Part shown: positions 10,917 to 24,274 of the stretch, piece after piece
How the letters are laid out: each line of letters opens with the position of its first letter
Numbering within the stretch: position 1 is the stretch's first letter
From: Tubulanus polymorphus
Taxonomy: Eukaryota > Animalia > Nemertea
NCBI RefSeq assembly: GCF_964204645.1
Contig: NW_027437448.1
Span: 46,712 to 110,711, forward strand
Length of the DNA stretch: 64,000 nucleotides
Direction: 5' to 3'
Made by a program: the position numbers and the translations under genes
The notes under the pieces: generated by a model
The model's input: the letters and a program-made list of their open reading frames with translations, nothing else
Told to the model about the DNA's origin: nothing
The model's database searches: none

Positions 10917-13900
10917 ATGGATAGTGTGGAAGCCGTAGCTGTAGAACAGACCGCTGAACTCACTAATAAACCGGTAATTCGTAGATTCGTTCCAACCGAT
11001 CATGATTTGGAAGCCTCTTTCCGACTCACTAAATTTGCCGACCTGAAAGGATGAGGGTGTAAAGTCCCCCAAGAAGTTCTGCTCAAACTTCTGGAGGGAC
11101 TTCAAGAACAGGAAAGCAATGAAAGTGTAGTCGCAGGAGATGGTGGAGATGGAACCTATGGATACGGTGCCGGCGGTGCTGCTGCACAGTTACCTAGAAT
11201 CGGTAAGTTGTTCATTGCTGGTCCCGAGCCCGAGGAGCCACGTTCAACTTCACGCACATTTTTCATTTCCGAATAAACTTCAAATTCTTATAATTTATCG
11301 CCATCTGATTCGATAAAAATGATTATTTATTATATTTGAAACATTTGAACAAGAATCAGTTTTATTTAGCGGTCTATTTATGGTTAAAATGGTGATCTAA
11401 TTTCATCGATTCATCTCCCGTTCGTTTCTCTTATTTTCAACATGGCGGATCAAGTCGAGTCACATGATCTGTATATTTGTAAACACGAGCACGTGTTCAA
11501 CTACTGGTTCGTCGACTGTCACATGTTTACGACGAGTGGGTTCGAATCCTGAATTAATGGTGTTTGTATTTGTTATTTCAGGTATAGGAATGGATTCGTG
11601 CGTGGTACCTCTGAGGCAACCTAATTTATCATTGGTGCAAACAACTGATTTTTTCTACCCATTGGTTGATGATCCGTACATGATGGTATCTTTTTAGATT
11701 TTTTGTGACGTTTTTTTATCCTGGCAGCTTGAGGTGGCCCGGATTGAGGGAGGTGCTGAGACAGGCTGGGTCACTCAGCAGCTGATATATTATATAACTG
11801 ATTTTGGTATATGTATTTTAGGGTAAGATAGCGTGTGCTAATGTATTGAGTGATCTGTATGCTATGGGTGCAATGGATTGCGATAATATGTTAATGCTGT
11901 TAGGAGTCAGTCAGAAGATGAGTGATAAAGAGAGAGATGTCGTCGTTCCTTTAATCATGAGAGGATTCAAGGTAAAAATCTCCTAAATCATTATTTATAA
12001 GTCCGTACTTCAATTCATGGTAAAATACTAAACTTCTGTTAAGATGTCTATTTGTGACGTAGTTTTTTGAGTAACACAAGTTGAGGCTTTACTTCAGACA
12101 CCTGCACCTGTAGTTGTGGTTATATATTGTAGGATACAGCTGAAGAGGCAGGTACCGCTGTCACTGGAGGTCAAACTGTTCTCAATCCATGGTTAACTAT
12201 TGGGGGCGTGGCTACATCAGTCTGTCAATCAAATGAGTTTATCATGTAAGTTTTTTGTTCGAAGTCTTTTTCGTTAAATTGAGATTCCGTATTTTAGTGT
12301 TTGTGTATTTACGCTAGGCCCGATGATGCGGTAGCCGGGGATGTTTTAGTGTTAACCAAACCGTTAGGAACGCAAGTAGCGGTAAACGCTCATCAGTGGT
12401 TGGACGTTCCTGAAAAATGGAACCGTTTAAAATTAGTCGTCAGCGAAGAAGACGTAAGAAAAGCTTATCACAGAGCGATGACTAGTATGGCTAGACTGAA
12501 TAGAACAGGTTCGTACACCTCCCCTCATCCCCCTCCCTATCCTCTCTCCCTTCCTCTCCCCTTCCCTCATCCCTCTAGACTGAATAGAACAGGTTCGTAC
12601 ACCTCCCCTCATCCCCCTCCCTATCCTCTCTCCCCCTCCCCTATCCTCTCCCCTTCCCTCATACCTCTAGACTGAATAGAACAGGTTCGTACACCTCCCC
12701 TCATCCCCCTCCCTATCCTCTCTCCCCCTCCCCTATCCTCTCCCCTTCCCTCATCCCTCATACCTCTAGACTGAATAGAACAGGTTCGTACACCTCCCCT
12801 CACCCCCCTCCCCTATCCTCTCTCCTATCCTCTCCCCCTCCCCTATCCTCTCCCCTTCCCTCATCCCTCCCCCTCTAGACTGAATAGGACAGGTTCGTAC
12901 ACTTCCCCTCATCCCCCTCCCTATCCTCTCTCCTATCCTCTCCCCCTCCCCTATCCTCTCCCCTTCCCTCATCCCTCCCCCTCTAGACTGAAAAGGACAG
13001 GTTCGTACACTTCCCCTCATCCCCCTCCCTATCCTCTCTCCTATCCTCTCCCCCTCCCCCTCTAGACTGAATAGAACAGGTTCGTACACCTCCCCTCATC
13101 CCCCTCCCTATCCTCTCTCCTATCCTCTCCCCCTCCCCTATCCTCTCCCCTTCCCTCATACCTCTCCCTTTAGACTGAATAGAACAGGTTCGTACACCTC
13201 CCCTCATCCCCTTCACCCCCCTCCCCTTTTGTCCCTCCCCTCTTCATCCCCCTTCTTTCTCTAGACTAAATAGAACAGGTTCGTATACCCTCTTCCCTCC
13301 TCATCTCCCCAAACCCCCTCCTCCCCTTCACATCCCCTCCCTCTCCTCCATCCTCTTCATTAGACTGAATCAAACAGGTTCATCTCTCCTCATCCCCTCT
13401 CCCTCCACCCTCTCCCCTCCCCTGTCTCCTCTCCCCTCCCTTCCCTCATCCATCTTCCTCTAGACTGAATAGAACAGGTTCGTACACCCCTTACCTCCTC
13501 TCCCTCTATCCTCCCTCTGATCTTCATCCCCTCCCTCTCCCCTTTCCTCCCTCTTCTCATCCCCCACCCCTTCCATCTCCTCTTTTCCTCTACCTACCAC
13601 CCTCTCCTCCATCCTCTCCTCCATCCTCTCTCCCTGTACCTACCACCCTCTCCTTAATCCTCTCTCCCTCCATCCTCTCTCCCTCCACCCTCTCCTTAAT
13701 CCTCTCTCCCTCCCTGTGGTGTATATAATAATTAATTGTTTATATTTGTAGCTGCGAAATTAATGCATAAATACAGCGCTCACGGTGCAACAGATGTCAC
13801 TGGTTTCGGGTTGCTAGGACACGCTAATAATTTGGCTCGTATTCAAAAACGTGAAGTCAGTTTCGTTATTCATAATTTACCGGTTATCGCTAAGATGGCC

Positions 13901-14282
13901 GCCGTTAGTAAAGCATGCGGAACTACGTTCGGTTTATATCAGGGGATGTCAGCTGAAACATCAGGTTCGTTCATTTCTCTGTCTATGTGGCTGTCTGTCC
14001 GTGTGGCTGTCTGTCTGTCTGTGGCTGTCTGTTTGTCTGCCTGTTTTACTGTAATCTCAGTATTTATTTATTGATCTGTTTTGTTTATAATTGATAGGTG
14101 GATTATTAATCGCGTTGCCACGGGAACAAGCCGCTGCGTTCTGTAAAGATATCGAGAGACAGGAAGGATATCAGGCGTGGATTATCGGAATCGTCGAGAG
14201 GGGTAACCATACAGCACGGATCATCGAGAAACCTCGAGTGATTGAGGTCCCGGCCAAAGAGAAAGACAATGAATCGTGGTAG
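10917..14282 (+). CDS. SEPHS2: Selenophosphate synthetase, Sec-containing (SPS2-type), 413 aa
   Basis: Exons 10917-11202, 11582-11685, 11822-11971, 12133-12245, 12318-12508, 13752-13964, 14098-14282 (1242 nt). Motifs [74 protein letters not shown]. In-frame TGA at 11052-11054 (codon 46), missed by the ORF track. Confidence 0.95.
11055..11102 (+). promoter_or_regulatory. GGGTGT hexamer plus Sec-redefinition-element (SRE)-like stem-loop after the UGA
   Basis: TGA-GGG-TGT, then AAGTCCC(11062-68)/GGGACTT(11096-102) and CCAAGAAGTT/AACTTCTGG pairing. Confidence 0.8.
12491..13490 (+). repeat. Polypyrimidine tandem repeat carrying 10 extra copies of the SEPHS exon-5 end and donor site
   Basis: (C)TAGACTGAATAGAACAG|GTTCGTACAC at ~12575, 12667, 12766, 12875, 12983, 13062, 13171, 13261, 13361, 13461. 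Confidence 0.95.
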
Positions 14283-14572
14283 AGCCCCCTGGTGGTGGAC
14301 TCGAGAAACAGCCCAGTAGCGTAATTCCACAACACTTGGTTATAATAATCATTTAAATCCATTCGTCTCGGGTTCGAAAATAATCATCACATTTCATTGC
14401 ATTTAAAATTTGATGAATTGTATAAAAATCATGAAAATTATCGTCCATATTTTTGATTGTTTTATGAAGAATTTTGAATCCAATAATAGAGTCGGTTAGT
14501 TACTGTTGGCATGAGCAACCACTGTACTATAAACTCCGATGAAATACCGATTTATCTAAACCATATCGAGAT

Positions 14573-14665
14573 ATTCTGCAACTTTCTTGATGAAATTATT
14601 TAGAGAAATTAAACTCATGGTTGATTCTAAATAATGGATGTTTTTATGAATGAAAGTTGTGGAAT
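14573..14665 (+). promoter_or_regulatory. SECIS element (type II-like) in the SEPHS 3'UTR
   Basis: Helix I TTCTGCAACTTTC(14574-86)/GAAAGTTGTGGAA(14652-64); core ATGAA(14590-94)/GGAT(14636-39); perfect 10-bp helix II ATTATTTAGA/TCTAAATAAT; apical AAA at 14606 with a mini-stem; AATAAA at 14703. Confidence 0.9.
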
Positions 14666-16656
14666 TTGGTTTTTATGTCGGTTTTAAACTAAACTATGAT
14701 TCAATAAACTAATTTTATAAGATAGAAATTTGCTTTTTATGTCGTTGGTTTTAATTCCTGCTGCCTGGGGTCTGGTGTCTGTAGATCGATAGGGTCCATT
14801 GAAGTATCCCAGTGATCCAACATTATCAGCTATCTATAGTCAATCTCTGACTGGTTTAGGGTGTAAGTCTATACAATGTACCGTTATTATCTCGATGAGA
14901 GTATATGACAGTGTATTTGGGGATGTTTTGTGCCTACTTTTCATAAAAATGCTGAAAATGCTACTACGCTGAAGTCTAATAAGTAACTTAAAAGTTTCTG
15001 AAAAATACTTGTAAAATGGATATACATGTAATGCGTAGAGCAAAAAATTAAAAGCCAAGCACACATCACTTAATGTGCCCTATTTGGTCCCGTGAGATAC
15101 GAGGAAAATGCAAACTAGTCGAGTTTTAGTCAAATATTGACTGAATTCTATTCCTGGGAAATAAAATAATATTTGCTTCAAATTCTTCCTGTGGCATGTG
15201 AATCTGCCGCTTTACCGCTTGCAACTACATCCGCTGAGTAACGAGTTCTATTAAACGTGGCTTGAAAATTTATTTCAAAGTCAGATTCATAATGATAAAG
15301 CTTTAATCCCAATAAAATGATGCATTTAAAACAAACTTATGTTAAGTGATGAATGAAATTTGACTTGGTTGAAAATATCTGCAATCTTATTCTTCGCATG
15401 CCACAGTAGACAAGCGAGGATGTATTAAATCTCATCCGTTCAGTGCTGCCTCTACGAACAACGATAGCGGAATTTCATTGAACTAATGTATTTACACTAT
15501 GGACCACTGTGGCACCTAATTCTAATATTGTTGTAATCATTTGAATAGGAACTATGGTATTATGAATCATGAATTGTGATTTATATATTTTTAGATAACT
15601 TATTCTCAATTAGCAAAAAACTATTTTGCTTATCAATTACTGATCAGAATAAGTCATCATCATTTTTGAATGATCAATTATCCAAATCATTGACAAAACC
15701 GCCATTATTTCCTGAGAAAATCGTCATTTGGAATACGGAACAAATCCCGAAATAAATTCGGGATTCGAACTTACAAACATTGCATTGTGGGATAAGCTAC
15801 CCTAGCGGTGATGGAACAAACTACAGTAAATATAATGAGATAATTTGTGAAAAATGACAGGTTAATAAACGATGTTCACAGGTAAATATTGAACTAATCT
15901 CAGTATTATAAACACAGTATCAAACATATAAATCAGTTGCATATACTGTATCGCTGAGGAATGGGGCCTGGCTGCATGCAGCAGCAGCAGCATCAGCATC
16001 CTCTGCAGCATCCTCTCTATCCAGCAGTCTCCATCTTCCTACCCTCAATCACTGTGGTGTATCCTGCATCACAGCCTCTCTTGCTGCTTCTTACACACAG
16101 TGTTGTTGCGTTAAACTGATAAATGCTGGATGCAGCAGCACTAACCGGGTCACTAGTCGGTGTCAGCTGCTGGCGGCCGTTACAGAAAGCTGACAGGAGC
16201 GTGGAGGAGGTAGCTACCCTACCCCTAGTATACTACTGACACTGACACTGCCTACACTGCTGCTGATACCATACCTCTCCCTTACCCTCCCCATCTCCCT
16301 CCCTGTCCCCTCCTCTCTCCCCTCCCTCCCACTCCCCCTCTCCCCTCCTCTCTCCCCTTCTCTCCCTCCCCTCCTCCCTCTCCTCCCACTCCCCCTCTCC
16401 GCTCCTCTCTCCCCTCCATCCCCCTCTCCCCTCCTCCCTCCCCTCTCCCCTCCCTCCCCCTCTCCCCTCCTCCCTCCTATCTCCCCTCCATCCCCCTCTC
16501 CCCTCCTCCCTCCCCTCTCCCCTCCCTCCCCCTCTCCTCCCTCTCCTCCCACTCCCTCCCTGATTATTATTTCATTTGTTTAATTTTTATATTTTTCATT
16601 TCAGGATTTTGTGATTAATTCAACTACAACAATGTAAGACAGTTGAACTCTGAGCC

Positions 16657-19600
16657 ATGAGACGTAAACTATCAGAGGAAGAGCCGCGATCAGTGGCGGA
16701 TAAAACCACCAATAGATGGCGTACTAATCGACAATCTAAACACGACGAATCGGACAACAATGCGAAACCGATAGTAACCGGGCGAAGGTCGAGGTCAAAT
16801 TCGCCGAGGATTCGTAAATCTCCGAAAGAAGAGAAAAAGAAAACTTTAAAACGAAAAAAAGAGGAGGAAAGTAAAGATGAAGATAAGAGTGAAGAGGTTG
16901 ATAGTACAGCGGTGACACCTAGTGTGAAAAAACGAAAACTCACGGACACCGGTCAAGCTAAACCTAAACCTAAACCTAAACCTAAACTTAAAACTAATCC
17001 TAAACCTAAAAGGATCAGTAAAAAACTTGTCAAAAATGACAATCAAAATACGAAAACTGCAGCGCCCTCTAGTGGTGAAACCAGTATAGCAGCACCCTCT
17101 AGTGGTGAAACCAACCAAACAGTGACCTCTAGTGGTGAAACCAGTACAGAACAAGCGCCACCTAGTGGTGAATCCGGTACAACAATAGTGACATCTAGTG
17201 GCGAAACCAATCAAACAGCGACCTCAAGTGGTGAATCCAGTAAAACGCTAGTTACCTCTAGTGGCGAAACTAATGCCGCGGCGACCTCTAGTGGTGAAAC
17301 TAAAGAATCGAAACCAAAATCGAAACCTAAAAAACGAGCTTCCAAAAAAACATCAAAAACATCGAATACATCGAATACATCGAATACTGCTGATCATGAG
17401 AAACCAGTAAAAAAACCTCGAAAACAGAAAAAAAATGATCTCACAAAAAAAACCGAATTATCTACGGAGAATGGAACGAGTAATGGACAAAATTCAGACG
17501 ATAAAAAACCAGAAAATAATTCAGAAAAACCGATAAAATGTGAACAGAAAAAACGAGTAAAATCAGATTCGGAAAAACGAAGTTTAATTTGTGAAAAATG
17601 TGGATTTATTACAACAACGAGAACTTTATTAAAGAAACACGACGACCGTTGTCATAAAGAGGGTAACGAGGAATATATCAGAGACAATCCGTTTAAATGT
17701 ACCGTTTGTGACTATCGCGCTAAAAAACTAGGAGTTATTAAAGGACACCTTAAAAAACACGGGCTACGAATGTGTCATTACTGCGAGTTTACTGCCGAAC
17801 AAAACCAAGTGGAAATTCACGAGAGGAATATCCACTCAGATCGCGTAACGTCTAAACTGTGTAAAACGTGTCAGCGATATATCAAATGCGACAGCGATGA
17901 TTTCGAAACGCACTTCGAAAATTGCGACGGCAAGAAACGTCCGTTTGTTTGTAAAACGTGCGGTAAAGAATACGAATACGCATCGGCTTTAAAAATGCAT
18001 TCATTCACTCACGATAGCGGTCCGAAAAAATATCACTGCGAAAAGTGTCATTATAAAACGCATTATAAAATCAACCTTCAGAAACACATGGCAAACAAAC
18101 ACGCGGAAAATCGCGAGAAAAATATCCCGTGCCCGGAGTGCGAGAAAAAATTCTTCAACGAGGATAATCTTCGACGCCATCTTGTGTCGCATAGCGAAGA
18201 TCGTCCGTACTCGTGCGAGGAATGTTCGAAATCGTTTAAAACCGGAGTCGCTTTAAAGGGTCATTTAGAAACTCATATAACCGATCGACCCTACGCTTGC
18301 GGTATCGATTCCTGCGGTAAATCATTTAAAAGTACGAAACTATTACGTTTACATCAGGATGATATTCATAAACTATTACCACGTAAATTCAAGTGTAATT
18401 TCGATGGATGTGATTATATATTCTTTAAAAGCAGTCATTTAATCAGACATAGAGCTACGCATACAGGTTAGTTAGTTACAGTATCTGTACACCAGGGGGC
18501 ACTAACTGTTAACCCTTCAGCCCTGTAGTTCACGTATTAATAGATGATACTCGTGTTGTGATGGGATTTAAAAGGATTGGCGAATTTAATCAAGTTGAAT
18601 CAGAGAGAAAATCCTCCATTTTGTGAAATTTCTCTTGAATTTTAACTACGCCTAATACCTGAAATAAATGAAGTTATTTTTCTAGGGGTCACATGAACAA
18701 CATCAGGGCAAAAAATGGAAGAAATTTTGTGTGATTTAACATAAAACTCATTCATTACTAAACTCCAGCCTCTTCACGGATGATGAAATGTAAAATGCTG
18801 TAAATGTAGAATATTTTGTGTGTAATATTTATAGGTGAGAGGAAGTACGCGTGTGATTGGTCGAATTGTGGTAAAGCGTTTCGTCACGCCGATAACCTTA
18901 AAGTACATTACAGACAACACACTAATGAGAAACCGGTGAAATGTCATCTGTGTGACTTCGCTTGTCGTCAGAGAAATTCATTAACCTGGCATCTTAAACG
19001 TCAACATCCCGAAACCTCCATAGATGGCGCCGATAACGGTAACTATAGTAACGGTTCGACGGAGGTAGAGGAGGACGCCTCGGTCCAGGTGGCGCCGGTA
19101 GTCGTCGCCGCAGCCGTCGTAAAAAAGAAGAGGATTTATAAACGTCGGAAAAAAGTGGAGAAAGTCGAGGAATTAGAGGAGAAAAAATCGGAAACTGGTG
19201 AAAAAATCGGTGAATTGGGATTATTGAAAATATTGAGTAATTTAGAATTATTAAACGAGGAGTCGTTCGCTGATTGTGAGGACAGTGAGATTGAAGAGAT
19301 TGTGAATCTAACAGATCCTACAGCAGCGGCGGCACGCAGGAGAAAACGTAAAACAGACGGCAGCAAAAAACAACAAAGAGTTTATCAAAAACGAGCCTCT
19401 AAATCTATTAAACCTAAACCAGTAGAAACAGAGACAGCTGCTGTCTCAGCTACTGCACCTGATGTAGAACTAGGAGAAACAGCTGCTGAACCAGTGGTAG
19501 AATCGGAAACAGCTACGGAAACAGCTGCTGATCCTGCTGCAGAACCATCTACAGAAACTGCAGCATCGGCAGCCGAACCAGATACAGAACCATCTGTTGA

Positions 19601-22004
19601 ACCATCTCAACCAACTGTAGAACTAGTGAACGAACCAATCCTAGAACCATCGACTCAAATATCAGAGAATGATGATACTGAAGAGGAAGAAGGAGATCGT
19701 AAACAAATAAGAAGGATTCTGAGTCCACGAACTCGTAAAACAGCAGCAGCAGGTGCAGGTGCTGGTGCAGCAGGTGCTGGGCCTCGTAACTGGTTGATAA
19801 ACAGTAAATCAATAGAATCTCAGATCAGTGAAACTGATATTTATAATTTCACATCAGACGACGAACAAACTAGTGTTAATCCTCCTCCTATAGGTGGCGC
19901 TACTTGTGTTAGTAATAACGATGATAGTACGCGTAACGACCACCAGGTGGAAGAGTCACCGAGCGTCGATAGTAAGAGCGTTATAGATAAGATGAAAGAG
20001 AGGTATATCACGGATGAGAAAAGTCCGGTGGTTGCTTTGAGTCCGTTAGATATAGCTAAAATAGAGATCAAACATAACATTCATATACCTGATAATACAG
20101 CTGCACCTGCTGCTGCTGCTGCTGCTGCTGCTGAACAGCTTACCGACGGTCAACAAACAACATCTGCACCTGCGGTTGAACAAACTATATGCGCTGAACA
20201 AATTGCATCCGCACATCTGGAACAACCGGCATCTGTACCTGCTGAACTTATAGCATCTGCACCTGAGGTTGAACAAACTGCATCTGTTGAACAAACTGTA
20301 CCAGCTGAATCTACAGAAATGGCACCTGATTCTATAGAACAAATGGTATCTGTATCAACGGAACAAACAGCACCTGCATCTACAGAACAAATGGTACCTG
20401 AGTCTACAGAACAAATGGTATCTGTATCCGGTGATGACTATATGACTAGTAGTGGTGATACAGTGCCCCCTGGTGGTGAACTAGGAGTATATACAGCTGC
20501 AGCTGCGGATGATGATGATGATGAGATGATTAACAGTATTCATCCTTCGCAACAATTATTCGATAACGAAGAGAAAGAGAATGATGAAGATGTGAATGAT
20601 ATAAATATCGCTCGTTGTGAAGGAGAAATAATCGACCGTCAATTGTTACAGAAATATTTAGAAGACGCAACGATGGACGAGTTTGAAAAAGAGCAGTTGA
20701 TTAAAGATACCGAACCAAAAACAGAACCATCGGGTTCTACAACATCCACTGCGGAACATCAGTGGAAACCTGATCCACAACCCGATCCAAAATCAATTTC
20801 CACTTCCACCAGCTCCACCGCCGCGTGGTCCACTGTAGATCACGATAAACTATTAACGCATAGCGTTGAGCGTCTCTACGACAACAGTTCATTGTTACAA
20901 CCTAGCGGCGGTGAGCGTATAGATGGCGCTACTATGTATCGACCGGATCTGAATGGATTTTACGATACTCGAGGCGCGAGCGGATTGATACATCCTCCGC
21001 TGTATCCGGCATCCGGATACTCAACTCCGGTCGTTAATAAAGATACGTGTTCACCTCGCGGCGATCCGTTAATCTACAGCCAATCAGCAACTCCGTATTT
21101 ACCGTTAGCTACGAGTATGAACCAATCAGCACCGGCGTACCTCGACCCCTATAACGCCGCTCCGCATAGACAACAATACGATAACCCGTTAGGTAGCCTA
21201 GCGATGAGTACGGCTAAATATATCGAATCAGAGGTCAGTAAAACTGTAGAACGTCGAGTTTACTCGCAGCAGGGCTGGGCTTTACAAGAGACTCAATCAC
21301 TACGTCTTACTCATTCATTATTCCCACCGGGATCGCATCAGAACTGGGAATCGAGCAGCAGATCGGCTGCAGCTGCAGCTGCGTCTTATCCTTATATAGA
21401 TACCTCGTCTAGATCGTCTGCTTATCTCCCCGGGCAACCGCCTCCCGATACGTTAGATAAACAGACATTTGATCGTTACGATCACATGGCTTATTTAAAC
21501 TGTCGTCATCCGGCGATCGGTCAACATCCCGGTTTTAATCAACTACCGCCGCCGCTAGGGGGCGCTTCGAAGGCTTTATCGGATCAATATCGTAGCGATT
21601 ATCACCGTAGTTTCTCGACTCAAGCTACGACTGATTTATATTCGACGATGGATAAATATTTTTATCCTCGGGATTCGATGTATTCTCCTCATCAGAGAAT
21701 ACATCAACCGGTCGGTTTACAACCGGATCATCATCATCATCATCATCCATTCTCACCAGCGGGGGCGCCACCTGCACCCGCTCCTCAACATAACTACGTA
21801 CCTCGCGAGTATCCGACCTCACGGTATCCGCAAACTAATCCTTACGATTTCATACCCGATCCTAAACAGTATCCGGATACAGGTAAATATTCACAAGGCG
21901 CGCCGATGCAGTTTATACCTCGAGCCGGTTCGACTACAACTCACGATCCATATAGATCAACAATGCCTCTTTATAACATGATGAATCACCGTGGTTACAT
22001 GTAA
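16657..22004 (+). CDS. Multi-C2H2 zinc-finger protein (~1659 aa), last finger ZFP91/ZNF692-like
   Basis: Coding exons 16657-18466 and 18835-22004 join in frame at the HTG|ERK linker; about a dozen C2H2-type fingers; CHLCDFACRQRNSLTWHLKRQH resembles recalled ZFP91 CEICGFTCRQKASLNWHMKKH; long acidic and Pro/Tyr-rich tail; probable 5'UTR intron ~15882-16604. Confidence 0.9.
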
Positions 22005-22907
22005 ACTATTATACGCGTTACATGCGGTTACAGCTAGTCAATGATGACCGTTAGTCCGGTTTAGTCCGGCAGTTGTGCCAATAGTCCGTTTGGTGCTGTA
22101 TATATTATTGTTGTGTAGTGTTTTATTGTTGCAGCTATTATTATTTATTGTTGCTATGCGTGAAGATAATGATTATAAACTCGTTAGTTCGGTGATCATG
22201 TGATCACATTTACTGACACACAACTTTATTGCTATTTCATCTGTCTACATTTGGGCTTCAGGGGGCAAAGAGTGAGGGGTGTAAATAGTGAAGTTTATGA
22301 GGGAGGGTGTGTGGGGGAGAGGGGGACTAAGGGGTGCTTGTATTGTTGTATAGGTTGTGTATGTTATGGGGGGAGGGGGAGGGGGGTGTAACGGAGGGAG
22401 GAGAGACTAGGGGGTGTCTATATTGTTGTACAGGTTGTGTATGTTATGGGGGAGGGGGAGGGGGGTGTAACGGAGGGAGGAGAGACTAGGGGGTGTCTAT
22501 ATTGTTGTACAGGTTGTGTATGTTATGTCAGGTGTATGTGTTTGTTGTAATGATGTTGTTTATTGTATAATAGGCGCCCTCTATCTCACTCTGTGGCGCC
22601 CCCTATCTCTCTCACTCGTTGGTGCGCCCTCTATTGTCAGTGTGTGTAAATAACATTGTTTTTTATATCGATTCATGTAGGTTTTAGTGGCTAGTTTACG
22701 TTGTTCGTTGTCGTCATAGTTGCTATAGATATTGTTGCTACGGTGATGTCTACTTATCAATACATTGTTGTAAGAAAGGTATATATTGCATTTATCGTAA
22801 TGAGATTTATTGATTATTATCAGTGTAAATTGTGCCTGTAAAACTTGACATGTCGTGTGTACTATAAACACAGGGTATTATAACAAATAGAGTTTATTTT
22901 ACTGCGA

Positions 22908-23360
22908 AAAACAGCGAGCAGTGAGTTGTGAACAGTGAGCAGCGAGTTGTGAACAGCGAGCAGCGAGTTGTGAACAGTGAGTTGTGAATAGCGAGTTGTG
23001 AACAGTGAGTTGTGGACAGCGAGCAGCGAGTTGTGAGTTGTGAACAGCGAGTTGTGAACAGCGAGTTGTGAACAGCGAGTTGTGAACAGTGAGTTGTGAG
23101 TTGTGAACAGCGAGTTGTGAACAGTGAGTTGTGAGTTGTGAACAGCGAGTTGTGAACAGTGAGTTGTGAACAACGAGCAGCGAGTTGTGAACAGTGAGTT
23201 GTGAACAGCAAGCAGTGAGTTGTGAACAGTGAGTTGTGAACAGCAAGCAGTGAGTTGTGAACAGTGAACAGCGAGTTGTGAACAGTGAGTTGTGAACAGT
23301 GAGTTGTGAACAGCAAGCAGTGAGTTGTGAACAGTGAGTTGTGAGCAGCGAGTTGCGAAC
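22908..23360. repeat. Minisatellite (GAGTTGTGAACAGY, 14-bp unit with 7-bp subunits)
   Basis: Directly visible tandem array; explains the overlapping repetitive ORFs. Confidence 0.95.
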
Positions 23361-24274
23361 GTTTCAATTTTCATTCTTGTAAATAAATTCTAATCAATTT
23401 CTGAGATTACTTACTACACGTATCTGAATTACCAGTAGGTGGCGCTGCTATCAATAAAGCTCTTTATTTTGTTTGTTTTTTATTTTAGATTTATACTTTG
23501 TTAATGATATTATTTTATCTTTGTTGATCAGTTTATCGCGTATATATGTACATATATGTATTTATATATCAAATAAGTGGTGGGGTTCGGGGGGAGGGGT
23601 TCAGGGGGAGGGGGAGGGTGTTCAGGGGTGATCTAGGGAGGTTTTAGGGGAGGTATTAAACCCAACGTTCAGTTCAGTTCCCCAATAGTTTTGTTACAGA
23701 TATTTAATACATGTGAATATGATATATTATAATTCTATAGATATTTAGATTTTTAGTAGGATTTTTAGATACAAATATAATAATAATTATAATAATAATA
23801 ATAATAATAATAATATCAATGATTGTATAAATTATTAGATATTTGAATTCATTGTGCATTATTCATTATTGTAACAGTCATTGTTGTGAGTTACCATAGA
23901 AACTGACCGCTCGCATGAGAGCGACAACTTGTGGTGCATTTTAAAAATAGAATGTGCTAAATCCTAAAAATTTGTGACCTGAATCAAAAATTAGATTGAA
24001 TTATATCACAATAGTTGTCATTTCTATGATCAAAAAGTTTGGTAATTTTGAACAATCATAATTTGATTTCAACAGAAATATAAAGAATATATATATATAT
24101 ATATATATATAATTATATTGTTGTCCTATAAATGTGTGCATTATTTTAAAAGTGACTCTTACCGTTAAAAAACGAAAAGGGTCTCCTAAAATATTTATTG
24201 AATAAAATGTAATTGTACACGAAATGTAATTGTTTTGATTCTATTTCATAAGAAAATCAACAGCATGAACCGAC

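Noticed and set aside
11052-11054. SEPHS as a pseudogene with a premature stop
   Set aside because: The TGA is at the Sec position, the frame is otherwise intact and a SECIS is present.
22862-23374. Long ORFs over repeats (also 12621-13216, 16214-16552, 30976-31560, 58454-59094, 62762-63175)
   Set aside because: Products of stop-poor minisatellites or purine/pyrimidine tracts; periodic translations, except where they overlap real CPT2 or PSMB5 exons.
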